Shown: positions 36,890 through 47,360, numbered from the stretch's first letter. The stretch: DNA of 64,000 bases from Ignavibacteriota bacterium (GCA_963787835.1 CAWBEI010000007.1:1-64000), one strand, 5' to 3'. The notes: generated by a model not told the origin, from the letters alone. Translations and numbers: made by a program.

Positions 36890-38213
36890 GCTCTATTTTT
36901 AACTGCTCCAGTTTATGCCGGCGCTTCCGAGTGACGGTGAACCGAAGGCCGTGCGCCACGATCTTGTCACCTACATTCGGAATCTTTCCGGCATTTTTCT
37001 GAACATACCCAGAGACGGTTTGGTAATCGCCGCTTTCTTCGAGCGCGGGTAAACGGCCCTCGAAATGCTCGTTGAAATCGGCGATACTCATGGTCGGATC
37101 GACAAAGATCACGTTGCCGGATTCTATAACATCTGGCGATTCGCCTACGTCGGATTCATCACGAATATCGCCAACTAATTCCTCTAGAATATCTTCGAGC
37201 GTAACGATACCTTCAACACCACCGTGCTCGCTGACTACAATTCCCATGTGGACTCTGTTTTTCTGAAAATCGAGTAGCAGGTCAGCAATCGGCTGAGTCT
37301 CACTAACATACAGGGCGGGTCGAAGAGCGCGTTTTAGCAGGGCAAAAAATTCATCTTCACTTTCACGGCTTGGCACACTCAGACGTTCGAGCTGAGAGAT
37401 GGATGGAATAATATCTTTGACGTGCAAGACGCCTGCGATCTCATCGAGTGAATTCCGGTAGGCAGGCAGGCGTGAGTAGCCTTCATCCTCGACGATGCGA
37501 AGAAGCTCTCTGGGTTCGAGATCGAGATCCAGCGCAACGACTTCCGAACGGTGAACCATGATCTCACGGACGTTGGTGGCGCCAAAGTCAAAGAGCGATT
37601 CTATCATGTTCTTTTCACTTCGTTTCACAACTCCATCGCGCGTGCTCTCTAAGATCACGCCCATTAGTTCCTCGCGTGTGTGTCCGGCTTCTTCGGATGC
37701 TTTCGGCAAGCCAAGGACTTGCAACGTGACACTCACCATTTTATTCAACGTCCAGATTAATGGCCGGAATATCTGATAATAGATGGTGAGAGGCGTGGCT
37801 GTTGTAAGCGCAACTTCCACTTCGAAATTAATAGCTAACACCTTCGGTACTTGTTCGCCGAGAACAATGTGCAAGGCTGTCAGCACGAGAAACCCAAATG
37901 CGAAACTGATCGAGGAAGCAACGTGTGGGGAGAGACTAAGAAGTGTAAATAATGGGTCGAGCAAGTTGGACATCAGCGGCTCACCGATCCAGCCGAGCGC
38001 AAGGCTTGCTAATGTTATTCCGACCTGCGTAGCGGAAAGGAAAGAGTTGATATTATCCTGTACGCGCTTCGCAGAGAGTGCGCGGGCATCTTTTTGCTGG
38101 ATGAGCGCATCGATCTGACCTAAACGCAGCTTAACGGCCGCATATTCTGCGGCGACGAAACAGCCATTGAGTAAAACAAGAATGAGGACGAGGAAAACCT
38201 CGGCTATGACCAT
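36879..38213 (-). CDS. Hemolysin family / CNNM-CBS-CorC membrane protein
   Basis: FVAAEYA, QVGITLASLALGW, GEQVPK, GYSRLP and GIVTLEDILEE motifs. Confidence 0.92.
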   Translation of the reverse strand: MVIAEVFLVLILVLLNGCFVAAEYAAVKLRLGQIDALIQQKDARALSAKRVQDNINSFLSATQVGITLASLALGWIGEPLMSNLLDPLFTLLSLSPHVASSISFAFGFLVLTALHIVLGEQVPKVLAINFEVEVALTTATPLTIYYQIFRPLIWTLNKMVSVTLQVLGLPKASEEAGHTREELMGVILESTRDGVVKRSEKNMIESLFDFGATNVREIMVHRSEVVALDLDLEPRELLRIVEDEGYSRLPAYRNSLDEIAGVLHVKDIIPSISQLERLSVPSRESEDEFFALLKRALRPALYVSETQPIADLLLDFQKNRVHMGIVVSEHGGVEGIVTLEDILEELVGDIRDESDVGESPDVIESGNVIFVDPTMSIADFNEHFEGRLPALEESGDYQTVSGYVQKNAGKIPNVGDKIVAHGLRFTVTRKRRHKLEQLKIEPIS

Positions 38214-38315
38214 CTGAAGTATAGATTAAGAAATGCAATTTACGAAAAAGAAAGTAGGTAACGCTCAATTTTGTTTCTGAAAAACGTTTTTTTGGAATGA
38301 GGACTGCGAATGTGT

Positions 38316-38323
38316 TATATTTG
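38316..38323 (+). promoter_or_regulatory. TAnnTTTG -7 element
   Basis: TATATTTG upstream of the cytochrome c gene. Confidence 0.5.
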
Positions 38324-38390
38324 CACGCACTTGTCGATAATAAAGTACGTATTGTGCTGTTTTTCAACTCATTCCTAATTACCTAAAACA

Positions 38391-39089
38391 ATGAAGAATC
38401 GAACGTTTCGAATGCCGCACTCTGCTAAAAGCATTGGAGCGCTTGCGGCGATAGCTATTTCTGTGTTAATGGTTGGCTGCGCCAATAAGAACGCGGCACC
38501 AGGTGTGGATTCCACTACCGCTGTTGCGCCGACTGCGGAGCGGGGGAAATATATCGTTACTACTTCAGGTTGTAACGATTGCCACACCCCCTGGGCGATG
38601 ACCCCTCAAGGCCCCGCGCCGGACATGACTAAATTGCTTTCCGGACATCCAGCCGGGTTTGTTATTGCTGCGCCTGCCATGCTGCCGCCACCATGGTTGG
38701 CCGCTGGCAACATGACAATGACTGCATGGAGCGGTCCCTGGGGCGTGAGCTTTACTGCAAACCTGACGCCGGATTCTGCCACCGGAATTGGGAAATGGAC
38801 TCAGGACCAATTTGTAAACACGTTGAAAACAGGCAAGCATCTTGGCACCGGGCGCAACATCCTCCCACCGATGCCGTGGAATTGGTTCTCGCAAATGACG
38901 GAGTCCGATCTCGAGAGCATGTATCTCTATTTGCGGACGATTCCTGCTATTTCGAACAAAGTACCAGACCCAGTTCCTCCGGGAACGCCTCCGGGAGGAA
39001 TGCCAGGAATGCCTCCGGGTGCGGCACCAGTCCCACCGCGAGGACCCGGAATGCCGCCGCATGGAGCACCGCCTCCTCCGGCGCACTAA
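38391..39089 (+). CDS. Monoheme cytochrome c lipoprotein with Pro-rich tail
   Basis: Lipobox MVGC; CNDCH, NLTPD..TGIG.W and PPMPW motifs. Confidence 0.85.
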   Translation: MKNRTFRMPHSAKSIGALAAIAISVLMVGCANKNAAPGVDSTTAVAPTAERGKYIVTTSGCNDCHTPWAMTPQGPAPDMTKLLSGHPAGFVIAAPAMLPPPWLAAGNMTMTAWSGPWGVSFTANLTPDSATGIGKWTQDQFVNTLKTGKHLGTGRNILPPMPWNWFSQMTESDLESMYLYLRTIPAISNKVPDPVPPGTPPGGMPGMPPGAAPVPPRGPGMPPHGAPPPPAH

Positions 39090-39105
39090 CGCTGATTTCA
39101 AATAC

Positions 39106-39135
39106 AAAGGGCTGCCATTGGCAGCCCTTTTTTTT
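39106..39135 (+). terminator. Intrinsic terminator
   Basis: AAAGGGCTGCCA-T-TGGCAGCCCTTTTTTTT. Confidence 0.85.
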
Positions 39136-39153
39136 GAGAACCAAATTTTATTA

Positions 39154-40521
39154 TTAACGCGATTCCAAAAGCGCCTTATCAATACGAGTGGTATCTCCGA
39201 CGATAACCCAATTAAAATTTCTTAGATATTTGTTGGCAACTCGCTGAAGCTGGGCAGGCGTGACATTTTCAAGTTTATCGTAATTGATAAATGCATTATG
39301 CCAGTCCCCGGTAGTAAGAACTGCCTGACCAAGACTGATGGCCTGCTCCGCAGTTGTCTCTTCATTTAGATAGTTACGTGTGGCCCATCCTGCAACCCCC
39401 TCACGAATGGCAGACTCGCGAATTTGGTTCTGTTGAAAAAAATCAACATCGTTATAGATGAGCTTTATCGCGCTATCGACGTACGGAGTTTGCACGGTGA
39501 TAATACCGATCGAAGTGCGTCCATCCTGGTCATCTACGTTTGGAGCATACGCTAAATTATGTTCGACACGAATATGATTAAAGACGAAGCCGCCAAAGAA
39601 GTTGCGCAGCCGGAGATAGGGGTAATAATCTGAATCCCCCTTAGAGGGTACGAGATAAAGGCCCACAATGTAATCGGTGGGGAGCCTTCGAGTAAAAGGT
39701 GGAAAATACACTCCAGGCGAGAAAGCTTTTACTGGCGGAGTTATCGAGACGGGAGTATAACTTCCCTCCGGCAGACTTGCGATCGAAGCGTTGATCTTGT
39801 CCGTCAATTCACTTCGAGAGATGTTTCCAACGACGGAAAGCAATAATCGTGACTTCACCATTAACTCACCAAACCTCTTTTGCATCAGGGGAATCGACTC
39901 GCGTTGAACATCTGATGCTGAAAGCATCCTGCCGTATGGATGTCCAACGAAAAAGATAGAATCGGCTGCAATTTTGGAATACACATCAGGGTCGGTACTC
40001 CGTGAATTAATACCAAGCAGTACATTTCTTTTGAAGTTTTCATATTCGACCTGATCGAACGCCGGATGAAGTATCACATCGGTAAAATATTCCCAAGAAG
40101 TATCGAAATTCTCTAGAGTGCATTCCATGCTAAGAGCAGAATAATCGCGCCCGTCTTGCCCACCGATCCCAGTGCCCATGCTAAGCAACTTACGACGATA
40201 GTGTTCTTTGGCAATAATTTGGCTGCCGCTGGCACCAACGACGTTCATCGTAAAATACTCGTTGGAAATAGGCTCATCTTCTGGTGCTGCGCTTTCGCCG
40301 CCGCGAATGAATAAGATCGCGCTAACCACCGGTGCTGAAGCCGATTGACGCATGAGGACATGGATCCCGGCGACATCGAACTCCTGAACATCGCTGACGA
40401 CATTTGCAGAATAGGAAGCAGAATGTCCTTCAGAGCATCCGGTGAGTGCAAGGAATATAGGGAGTCCTGCCCAGAGCAAGAGCCGGAATCTTCCCTTCGA
40501 GGTAGTGAATGGTGCTATCAT
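39154..40521 (-). CDS. M16 family peptidase-like lipoprotein, non-catalytic type
   Basis: Lipobox LTGC; GHPYG, LSVVGNI and IRVEHNLAY motifs; no HxxEH. Confidence 0.75.
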   Translation of the reverse strand: MIAPFTTSKGRFRLLLWAGLPIFLALTGCSEGHSASYSANVVSDVQEFDVAGIHVLMRQSASAPVVSAILFIRGGESAAPEDEPISNEYFTMNVVGASGSQIIAKEHYRRKLLSMGTGIGGQDGRDYSALSMECTLENFDTSWEYFTDVILHPAFDQVEYENFKRNVLLGINSRSTDPDVYSKIAADSIFFVGHPYGRMLSASDVQRESIPLMQKRFGELMVKSRLLLSVVGNISRSELTDKINASIASLPEGSYTPVSITPPVKAFSPGVYFPPFTRRLPTDYIVGLYLVPSKGDSDYYPYLRLRNFFGGFVFNHIRVEHNLAYAPNVDDQDGRTSIGIITVQTPYVDSAIKLIYNDVDFFQQNQIRESAIREGVAGWATRNYLNEETTAEQAISLGQAVLTTGDWHNAFINYDKLENVTPAQLQRVANKYLRNFNWVIVGDTTRIDKALLESR

Positions 40522-40632
40522 CTATTTGGATTTACGAATTCTATGGTCATACGAAACATTGTAATTCCGTTTCAGTTGCGTAGAAAGTCAGGATGTGGCA
40601 CAATTTCAGAAACAAGGGCGTTCCCGTGCAGA

Positions 40633-41976
40633 ATGCAGCCATCACCAAGAACACGCCGAGTATCCCTCCATACCCTGGGGTGTAAGCTCAATTATGCTGA
40701 AACGTCCTCACTGGCAGCATCAATGGGCGAACATGGATTTACGACCGTTCCTTTTGGCGATGAGACCGATGTGTTCGTTCTTAATACCTGCTCTGTTACG
40801 GAAAATGCAGAAAAGGAGTGCCGCCAAATAATCCGGCGCGTTGCCAGACGGTCACCCGACGCTTACATGATCGTAACCGGTTGTTATGCACAGCTTCGCC
40901 CGGAAGAGATCGCCAGTATTGAGGGAGTCGATCTTGTGCTCGGCGCGAAAGAGAAATTCGATATTGTGAAATATGCAGGACAATTCGATAAATCTCAAGG
41001 GCCGCACATTTTTTCCTCAGAGATCGAAGACGCAACGGAATTCCATTTTGGTGCGTCAAGTGAGTCAGATAGCAGAACCCGTGCTTTTCTGAAAATTCAG
41101 GACGGCTGTGATTACAACTGCTCGTTTTGCACTATTCCCGATGCGCGTGGCGCATCCAGATCGGCGGAGATCGACCAAATTTTGAATCGAGCACGAACTC
41201 TGTCCAACGAAGGATTTCATGAGATCATACTTTCCGGAGTGAACGTGGGTGATTTTGGCAGAAAGAGTGGTGCAAGTTTTTATGAACTGGCTTTAGCATT
41301 GGATCACGATCCCGATGTCACTGCGAGGATCCGTATCAGTTCCATCGAACCGAACCTGCTGACGGATGAAATCATCGATCTTGTCGCTGGATCAAATAAA
41401 TTCTGTCCGCATTTTCATATTCCGATGCAGTCGGGTTCCGATAAGATCCTTCGACTCATGCAAAGGCGGTATAAATCGGAACTATACCGGTCTCGAGTGG
41501 CGCGAATTAAAGAATTGATGCCGAATGCTTGCATTGGCGCGGATGTCATTGTCGGCTTTCCCGGTGAGACAGAAGAAGATTTCCACGAGACCTGTGAATT
41601 TATCGAATCGATCGATGTTTCGTATCTTCATGTTTTTACATACAGCGAACGCCCCGGAACAAAGGCATCAAGTATGAAAGATGCTGTTCCTATCCACATT
41701 CGGCGCGAACGAAACAGGATATTAAGAGGAATCTCTGAGATAAAGCAGCGAGCGTTCTACGGATCGCAAATCGGTCGTGAAGTTACACTTATAATCGAAC
41801 GGACAGGTGATGCATACAGCGAGAATTATGTAAAAGCGAAGCTGATCGCGGATGTAGTTCCCAGAGCAGAATTGGTAACTGCTCGTTTGACTAATATTTG
41901 CGGAGATGTGTTCGATGCAGAACCTCTTGCGGTTCTCGCAACCCGCCGCGAAGAATTATTATTGCCGATCCTGTGA
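40633..41976 (+). CDS. mtaB: tRNA t6A37 methylthiotransferase
   Basis: TLGCKLN, NTCSVT, RTRAFLKIQDGCDYNCSFC and RISSIEP motifs; start at the ATG at 40633. Confidence 0.93.
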   Translation: MQPSPRTRRVSLHTLGCKLNYAETSSLAASMGEHGFTTVPFGDETDVFVLNTCSVTENAEKECRQIIRRVARRSPDAYMIVTGCYAQLRPEEIASIEGVDLVLGAKEKFDIVKYAGQFDKSQGPHIFSSEIEDATEFHFGASSESDSRTRAFLKIQDGCDYNCSFCTIPDARGASRSAEIDQILNRARTLSNEGFHEIILSGVNVGDFGRKSGASFYELALALDHDPDVTARIRISSIEPNLLTDEIIDLVAGSNKFCPHFHIPMQSGSDKILRLMQRRYKSELYRSRVARIKELMPNACIGADVIVGFPGETEEDFHETCEFIESIDVSYLHVFTYSERPGTKASSMKDAVPIHIRRERNRILRGISEIKQRAFYGSQIGREVTLIIERTGDAYSENYVKAKLIADVVPRAELVTARLTNICGDVFDAEPLAVLATRREELLLPIL

Positions 41977-43253
41977 GCAACAAAGTTACGCAGTTCATTG
42001 ACCGACTGGGAGAGCGGAACATTCTGCTCGCGATCGCTGCAATTGCATTCGTTCTGCAACTCCTAGAGCTTCACGCACCCAGCTTTTTTGGAGAGCCGTA
42101 TCTTGTTGCAAAGAATATCGTTGCGGGGAAGGGTTTTGTGTTCGAATATCCTCTGACGGGTAAGGTTCTTCCAAGTTGTTATGTAACGCCGCTCTACACC
42201 TATCTACAAGTTCCATTTCTGTATTTTGGTTTAGGCGAACGTGGTATTCAGATCATGAATCTTCTTTTCTTGCAGGGCGCTTGTTTCGTCCTGTATAGAT
42301 TTTTTCGAAGATTTACGTCGCGGGGTGTCGCATTACTAATTTTTATTGCTCTCAGCTTTTACATTCCATTTTGGATACTATCTTACACACTCGATCCCAA
42401 TTCACTGAATTTCTTATTACTGGGGCTCACGGTCGATGTGCTTTACTTGCTCTCGACGAATCCATCTCGTCTAGGATGGATTCAATTAGGAATCCTCATT
42501 GGACTTCAGCTACTTTTGCGTCCTGATATTCTTATTGGTGGAGTTCTCTTTGCTGGATGGCTGCTCTTTTGGAATAGATCGAGATCGACATGGCGAGGAA
42601 TAGTCATAGCCTTACTTATTTCTCTTGCTATTGTTGCGCCGTGGACGCTCCGGAATTACCTGACCTTTCATAAGTTTGTGTTGGTGAGCGCAAATTCTGG
42701 AATGAATTTATTTGAGGGGAATAATCCTGTCGCCACTGGTGAGTTCAGCGCAAACCCACCGACGCCTGAAAGTCAATCGTTGTTTGACAGAGTTTCTGAA
42801 TACCAAAGTACGCACGACGGAATCGACATCGACCGTTATCGCTTTCAGCTTGCAGAGCAGTGGATTTTTGCCCACCCCTCGGAAGTTATGATGCTCGATC
42901 TCAAAAAGATCTGGTATCACTGGTTCGGGCGCCCGATCATGGGTGAGCAATTTCATTATCAATATCAGGGAATGGCAAATGCCTTTCGAATTGCTGGAGC
43001 AGTCATGGTCGTGCTTGGTTTTTATGGGTTATATTGCATTCGTGATAATAAGCTTAGATCGCTCCTTCTTGTTATTTTCTTTTATTCCACGCTCGTTTCT
43101 GCCATCTTTTTCGTTCAATCTCGTCACCGAATTTTGAAGGTCGATCCGTTCCTGCTGCCACTGGCAGTGGTGGGACTTGTAGCCGTGACCTTTAGGTCAC
43201 GGTCGCGAAGTGACACACAGCGTGACTTAAAAGTCACGCCTACAAACACATGA
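41973..43253 (+). CDS. GT-C (ArnT/PMT-like) membrane glycosyltransferase
   Basis: Multiple TM helices; LLRP and PWTLRNY..F..VS.NSG.N...GNN motifs; GTG overlaps the mtaB stop codon. Confidence 0.75.
   Translation: MSNKVTQFIDRLGERNILLAIAAIAFVLQLLELHAPSFFGEPYLVAKNIVAGKGFVFEYPLTGKVLPSCYVTPLYTYLQVPFLYFGLGERGIQIMNLLFLQGACFVLYRFFRRFTSRGVALLIFIALSFYIPFWILSYTLDPNSLNFLLLGLTVDVLYLLSTNPSRLGWIQLGILIGLQLLLRPDILIGGVLFAGWLLFWNRSRSTWRGIVIALLISLAIVAPWTLRNYLTFHKFVLVSANSGMNLFEGNNPVATGEFSANPPTPESQSLFDRVSEYQSTHDGIDIDRYRFQLAEQWIFAHPSEVMMLDLKKIWYHWFGRPIMGEQFHYQYQGMANAFRIAGAVMVVLGFYGLYCIRDNKLRSLLLVIFFYSTLVSAIFFVQSRHRILKVDPFLLPLAVVGLVAVTFRSRSRSDTQRDLKVTPTNT
43178..43244. repeat. GTAG-type REP doublet inside the glycosyltransferase 3' end
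   Basis: Left unit identical to 5210-5233; right unit CGTGACTTAAAAGTCACGCCTACA. Confidence 0.8.
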
Positions 43254-44596
43254 GCATCCGCATCACATCCGTCGAACCCGGCACGATCGCCGAGGAGCTT
43301 GGCATTAAGCCTGGTGACGAATTGCTTACCATGAATGGTGAGCCGATCCATGACGAGCTGGATTTCAAGTTCTACATGCCCGGCGAGTCGCTGGAGATCG
43401 AGCTATATCTCAGTGGTGAACATACCGTTCTTGAGCTTGAGAAAGAGCAGGATGAGGAACTAGGTTTTGCAGTGCAGCCGATGAAGATGACGGCCTGTGG
43501 TAACGATTGTGTGTTCTGCTTTGTCGATCAAAATCCTCAGGGATTGCGGAAGGCGCTCTATTTCCGCGATGGCGATTACCGGTTCAGCCATCTTTACGGG
43601 AATTTTAACACGATGACGAACGTCGGGCCGAAATCGCTGGAGCGCATTGTGCGCCAACGGCTGATGCCGCAATATGTCAGCGTTCACTCGACGGATCTTG
43701 AAGTACGCACCAAACTGATGCGGCTCCGCAAGGACGACCATATTCTCGACAAATTGCGCTACCTTGCCGAGAACGATATTTGGATGCACACGCAGATCGT
43801 GCTATGCCCCGGAATTAATGATGGTGCAAGTCTTGCAAAAACTATCGAAGATATTTATGGACTTGGTGCTGCCGTGCAAACGATGGCGATTGTACCTGTT
43901 GGGTTAACGAGTCATCGTGGTACACTTACCGAGCTAAAGCAGGTAGATAAAGACTACGCCAGGAAAATGATCGAATATATTTTCGATCTTCAAAAGAAAT
44001 TCCGCAAAGAGCGCGGGATGAATTGGCTATATCTTTCCGATGAATGGTTTCTTGTCGCAGAAATGGAAACGCCGCCGGAAGGATGGTACGATGGTTTCCC
44101 ACAACTCGAAAACGGCGTTGGCATGGTGCGCGATTTTATCGAAGAGACAAGGAGGGAAGTGGTTGCGCTGAAAAAATCGCACTTACTAACCCAGCCACGA
44201 CTCCTCACGCTTGCTACCGCAACTCTCCCAAGTGGATTTATGCGAAGGGATATTGTTCCACTGCTGGAAAGCATTCCCAATCTTGAAGTCGATCTGGAAG
44301 TGGTCGTTAATAAATTATACGGCCCGGATGTAACGGTTACCGGGCTTCTCTCCGGCCAATGTTTCGAAAGCCATTTCCTCAATCGTGCAGCAACCGATCT
44401 GCTTCTGCTCCCGCCAAACGTTCTTAACGAAGACGATGTATTCCTCGACGATGAAACTCCGCTCGGCCTGAAACGCAAGCTGAACGACCGTCCCATGGCC
44501 ATCTTCCACGGCTCATGGGAAGAAGTGCTGCATTACATCGAACACCCGGAAGCTGAAATGTTCGATGCGAAGAAGATGAATCTGCCTGTATTGTAA
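43250..44596 (+). CDS. DUF512 radical-SAM-like protein with N-terminal PDZ domain
   Basis: CGNDCVFCFVDQ, QIVLCPGINDG and PQLENGVG motifs. Confidence 0.88.
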   Translation: MSIRITSVEPGTIAEELGIKPGDELLTMNGEPIHDELDFKFYMPGESLEIELYLSGEHTVLELEKEQDEELGFAVQPMKMTACGNDCVFCFVDQNPQGLRKALYFRDGDYRFSHLYGNFNTMTNVGPKSLERIVRQRLMPQYVSVHSTDLEVRTKLMRLRKDDHILDKLRYLAENDIWMHTQIVLCPGINDGASLAKTIEDIYGLGAAVQTMAIVPVGLTSHRGTLTELKQVDKDYARKMIEYIFDLQKKFRKERGMNWLYLSDEWFLVAEMETPPEGWYDGFPQLENGVGMVRDFIEETRREVVALKKSHLLTQPRLLTLATATLPSGFMRRDIVPLLESIPNLEVDLEVVVNKLYGPDVTVTGLLSGQCFESHFLNRAATDLLLLPPNVLNEDDVFLDDETPLGLKRKLNDRPMAIFHGSWEEVLHYIEHPEAEMFDAKKMNLPVL

Positions 44597-44605
44597 CAGC
44601 CCAGG

Positions 44606-45367
44606 TCACACCAGCACCAACTCGATCGGGCAGTGATCGCTGCCCATAATGTCGGGATAGATCGCGGCATTGCGGACGCGGGGCATCAGGCCTTCGGTGA
44701 CCATGTAAAAATCAATGCGCCAGCCGATGTTGCGCTCGCGATTGTTGCGGAAATTATCCCAATAAGTATACTGCTCGGGTTCCTGATTATAGACACGGAA
44801 GGCATCAACGTATCCCATGTCCGTGATCTTATCGAGCCACGCGCGCTCCTCCGGCAAAAATCCCGATTGTTTCGACCATTCCACTGGACGCGCAACATCT
44901 ATCTCTTTATTCGCGGTATTGTAATCGCCGCAGATAATTAGTTCACGACCATCCGAACGAAGTTCCTGCCATTGCTCCAACATGTGATCGTAAAAATCGA
45001 GTTTGTAACGCACTCGTTCCGGTCCGCGACCGCCGTTTGGGAAGTAAATATTGTAGAGAATGAAATCGCCGTAGTCGGCAGAAATGACGCGGCCTTCGGC
45101 ATCGAACCGGGTAGCGCCACAGCCAATAGCGACATTCTTTGGCTTCGGTCGCGTGTAGATGGCAACGCCGGAGTAACCTTTTTTCTCCGCACTTGCAAAA
45201 TGGGATGTGTAGCCATCGATATTGATGAGTTCTTCATCCAATTGTTCCGGCATGGCCTTAGTTTCCTGAAGGCAGAGGATATCAGGATTCTCTTTCTTGA
45301 CAAAATCGAGAAACCCTTTTTTCTGGGCGGCACGAATGCCATTAACGTTCCAGCAAAGAATACGCAT
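44606..45367 (-). CDS. xth: Exodeoxyribonuclease III
   Basis: WNVNGIRA, LQETK, GYSGV, YFPNG, GDYN, GWRID and GSDHCP motifs. Confidence 0.95.
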   Translation of the reverse strand: MRILCWNVNGIRAAQKKGFLDFVKKENPDILCLQETKAMPEQLDEELINIDGYTSHFASAEKKGYSGVAIYTRPKPKNVAIGCGATRFDAEGRVISADYGDFILYNIYFPNGGRGPERVRYKLDFYDHMLEQWQELRSDGRELIICGDYNTANKEIDVARPVEWSKQSGFLPEERAWLDKITDMGYVDAFRVYNQEPEQYTYWDNFRNNRERNIGWRIDFYMVTEGLMPRVRNAAIYPDIMGSDHCPIELVLV

Positions 45368-45411
45368 TTCAATTACAGATTACGAATTAGGAAATTATTG
45401 TTATCATCGAG

Positions 45412-46038
45412 TTACTCATCATTGAAGCCCTTCCCTTTGAGAATGTGAGGCATATATTTTTCAACCCGTGACTCCCGTGTTTTGGATAGTTTGGGTTGAG
45501 AAAAATAGAACAGGTAACCTCGTTGACGCCCGGGCGTGAGTGCATAAAAAGCCTTTTTTAAAGCAGGGATATCATCTAATTTATGTTGGAGTTCTTCAGG
45601 AACGTGATAGTCTTCTGTCTTCTTTAGCTGCACTTTCAAACCGGCTTTTTCTATTTCAATCGCTTCTAAGATATAGGATTTTATGATGGGTTCCATCTCA
45701 ACGATCTCTGCAAGATTGGTGAACCGAATATGCCGCCCAGACTGCACATTTTTCGTTTGCTGGATCAGAATACCATCAGGAGCACTTAACAGTACGCCTT
45801 TGACAAATAACAGCGCACAATATTCCTTAAAATCGTGTATGATAACGACGTTTTTATCCTGAAACGTGTAGCACGGAACGCCCCACTTTACTTCTTCGGT
45901 GAGCGGCGTATCAAGAACGATCGTTCTCAAAAGTTCCAACTCTCGCTTCCACTTTTTGGCTTTACGAAAATAAAAATCAACTTTAGGATTCATCCTCCCA
46001 GCAGAAGCCCTATGAATGGTCTTATTTTTCTTGGCCAT
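45412..46038 (-). CDS. YdeI/OmpD-associated family protein
   Basis: KWGVPCY, LTPGRQRGY and KTRESR motifs. Confidence 0.88.
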   Translation of the reverse strand: MAKKNKTIHRASAGRMNPKVDFYFRKAKKWKRELELLRTIVLDTPLTEEVKWGVPCYTFQDKNVVIIHDFKEYCALLFVKGVLLSAPDGILIQQTKNVQSGRHIRFTNLAEIVEMEPIIKSYILEAIEIEKAGLKVQLKKTEDYHVPEELQHKLDDIPALKKAFYALTPGRQRGYLFYFSQPKLSKTRESRVEKYMPHILKGKGFNDE

Positions 46039-46058
46039 ACCGTGTGAATATAATTCAT

Positions 46059-47360
46059 TTATTGATGCATTGCGGCATGTTTTCCAAGAACAACCGGAAC
46101 GATAATATTCTTACCGGCCCGCTGCACGGTCATCTGTACTTTATCGCCGGGATGGTGCTTTGCGAGGGCGTTCGTGTAATCGTAGATGGTCTTGATATTC
46201 ATCTCATCGAATTTCACAATAATATCATCCTTCAGCAGTCCGGCATCCTGAGCAGGGGAGTGCTCGCGGATTTCGGAGATGCGAATGCCATCGCCATCGT
46301 AACCGTAATCCGGTACGCCGCCAACATACACGCCGAACGAAGCGGCCTTTTGCTCGGTATCGCCGACGGGTCTAGTAAAGGCGATCTTGTCTGGCCGACC
46401 TGCGAGATCTAACAGAACGCTTTCTACATATTTTGCAATGCGAGCCTCACCAACAGAATTGATCTTCTCTTTTGTATCGGTGGCTTTATGATAATCCTCG
46501 TGAAATCCTGTGAAGAAGAAAAGCACTGGAAGATTTTTATCGTAAAACTTTGCATGGTCACTTGGGCCGGTTCCAGTTTGGAAATAGCGAAGGTGAAATT
46601 GCGCTGGTGTATTCAGGCTATCGATCATCGATCGAAAGGATGGCGAGGTGCCAAGCCCCTGCACGATTAGGGTGCTATCCTGCATTCGACCGACCATATC
46701 CATGTTTATCATGGCCTGCACATTTGCAAGAGGAGCCATCGGATTGTTGGTGAAATAATCGCTGCCGAACAAGCCTTCCTCTTCCCCTGAAAAAGAGATA
46801 AAGACAATGCTTCGTTTTGGTCTGACCTTTTCATTGGCAAGATTTTCGGCGATTTCGAGAAGTGCGCACACGCCGCTGGCGTTATCGTCAGCACCATAGT
46901 GAATGGCATGAACGCTATCGAGTGCAAACGGCCCGCCATAGCCGAGATGGTCGTAATGCGCTCCTAATACGACGTATTGTGAATCAAGTGCTGGATCGCT
47001 CCCTTTCAAAAAACCAACGACGTTCATTCCATTCGTTCGACCATGTTTAGTGGAGTCGAGCGCATGTTCCGAGAAATCGAATGGCTGATAATAGCTTGGA
47101 TGATAGGGAAGGTCCGCGATCACGGGATTATACGCGGTTAGGCCGATGCGCTTAAACTCTGAAGCGATATAGCGAGCGGCTTTTTCGGCTCCAGGCGCTC
47201 CGGTTCGCCGGCCTTCGAGGGAATCGCTTGCGAGAATGCTTTCGCGCTCCATGACATCGTGCGCCGTGATGGCTGGGGTGGTTTTCACCGGTTGCGCAAA
47301 AAGAGGCGCTGCAAGAGGAAAAACAAGAAAGGATGTAAATAGGAAGCTTCGAGGAGACAT
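46059..47360 (-). CDS. Secreted M28 family peptidase with PDZ domain
   Basis: LASDSLEGR, GAHYDHLG, GADDNASG, GEEEGL, NMDMVG, SDH and DYH motifs; C-terminal PDZ. Confidence 0.92.
   Translation of the reverse strand: MSPRSFLFTSFLVFPLAAPLFAQPVKTTPAITAHDVMERESILASDSLEGRRTGAPGAEKAARYIASEFKRIGLTAYNPVIADLPYHPSYYQPFDFSEHALDSTKHGRTNGMNVVGFLKGSDPALDSQYVVLGAHYDHLGYGGPFALDSVHAIHYGADDNASGVCALLEIAENLANEKVRPKRSIVFISFSGEEEGLFGSDYFTNNPMAPLANVQAMINMDMVGRMQDSTLIVQGLGTSPSFRSMIDSLNTPAQFHLRYFQTGTGPSDHAKFYDKNLPVLFFFTGFHEDYHKATDTKEKINSVGEARIAKYVESVLLDLAGRPDKIAFTRPVGDTEQKAASFGVYVGGVPDYGYDGDGIRISEIREHSPAQDAGLLKDDIIVKFDEMNIKTIYDYTNALAKHHPGDKVQMTVQRAGKNIIVPVVLGKHAAMHQ

Noticed and set aside
40345-40632. 96-aa N-terminal extension of MtaB, and similar extensions on ORFs 8440, 10245, 19484, 41898 and 7969
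   Set aside because: Artefacts of longest-ORF calling; they overlap neighbouring genes or regulatory elements, and family homology starts at the downstream start codon
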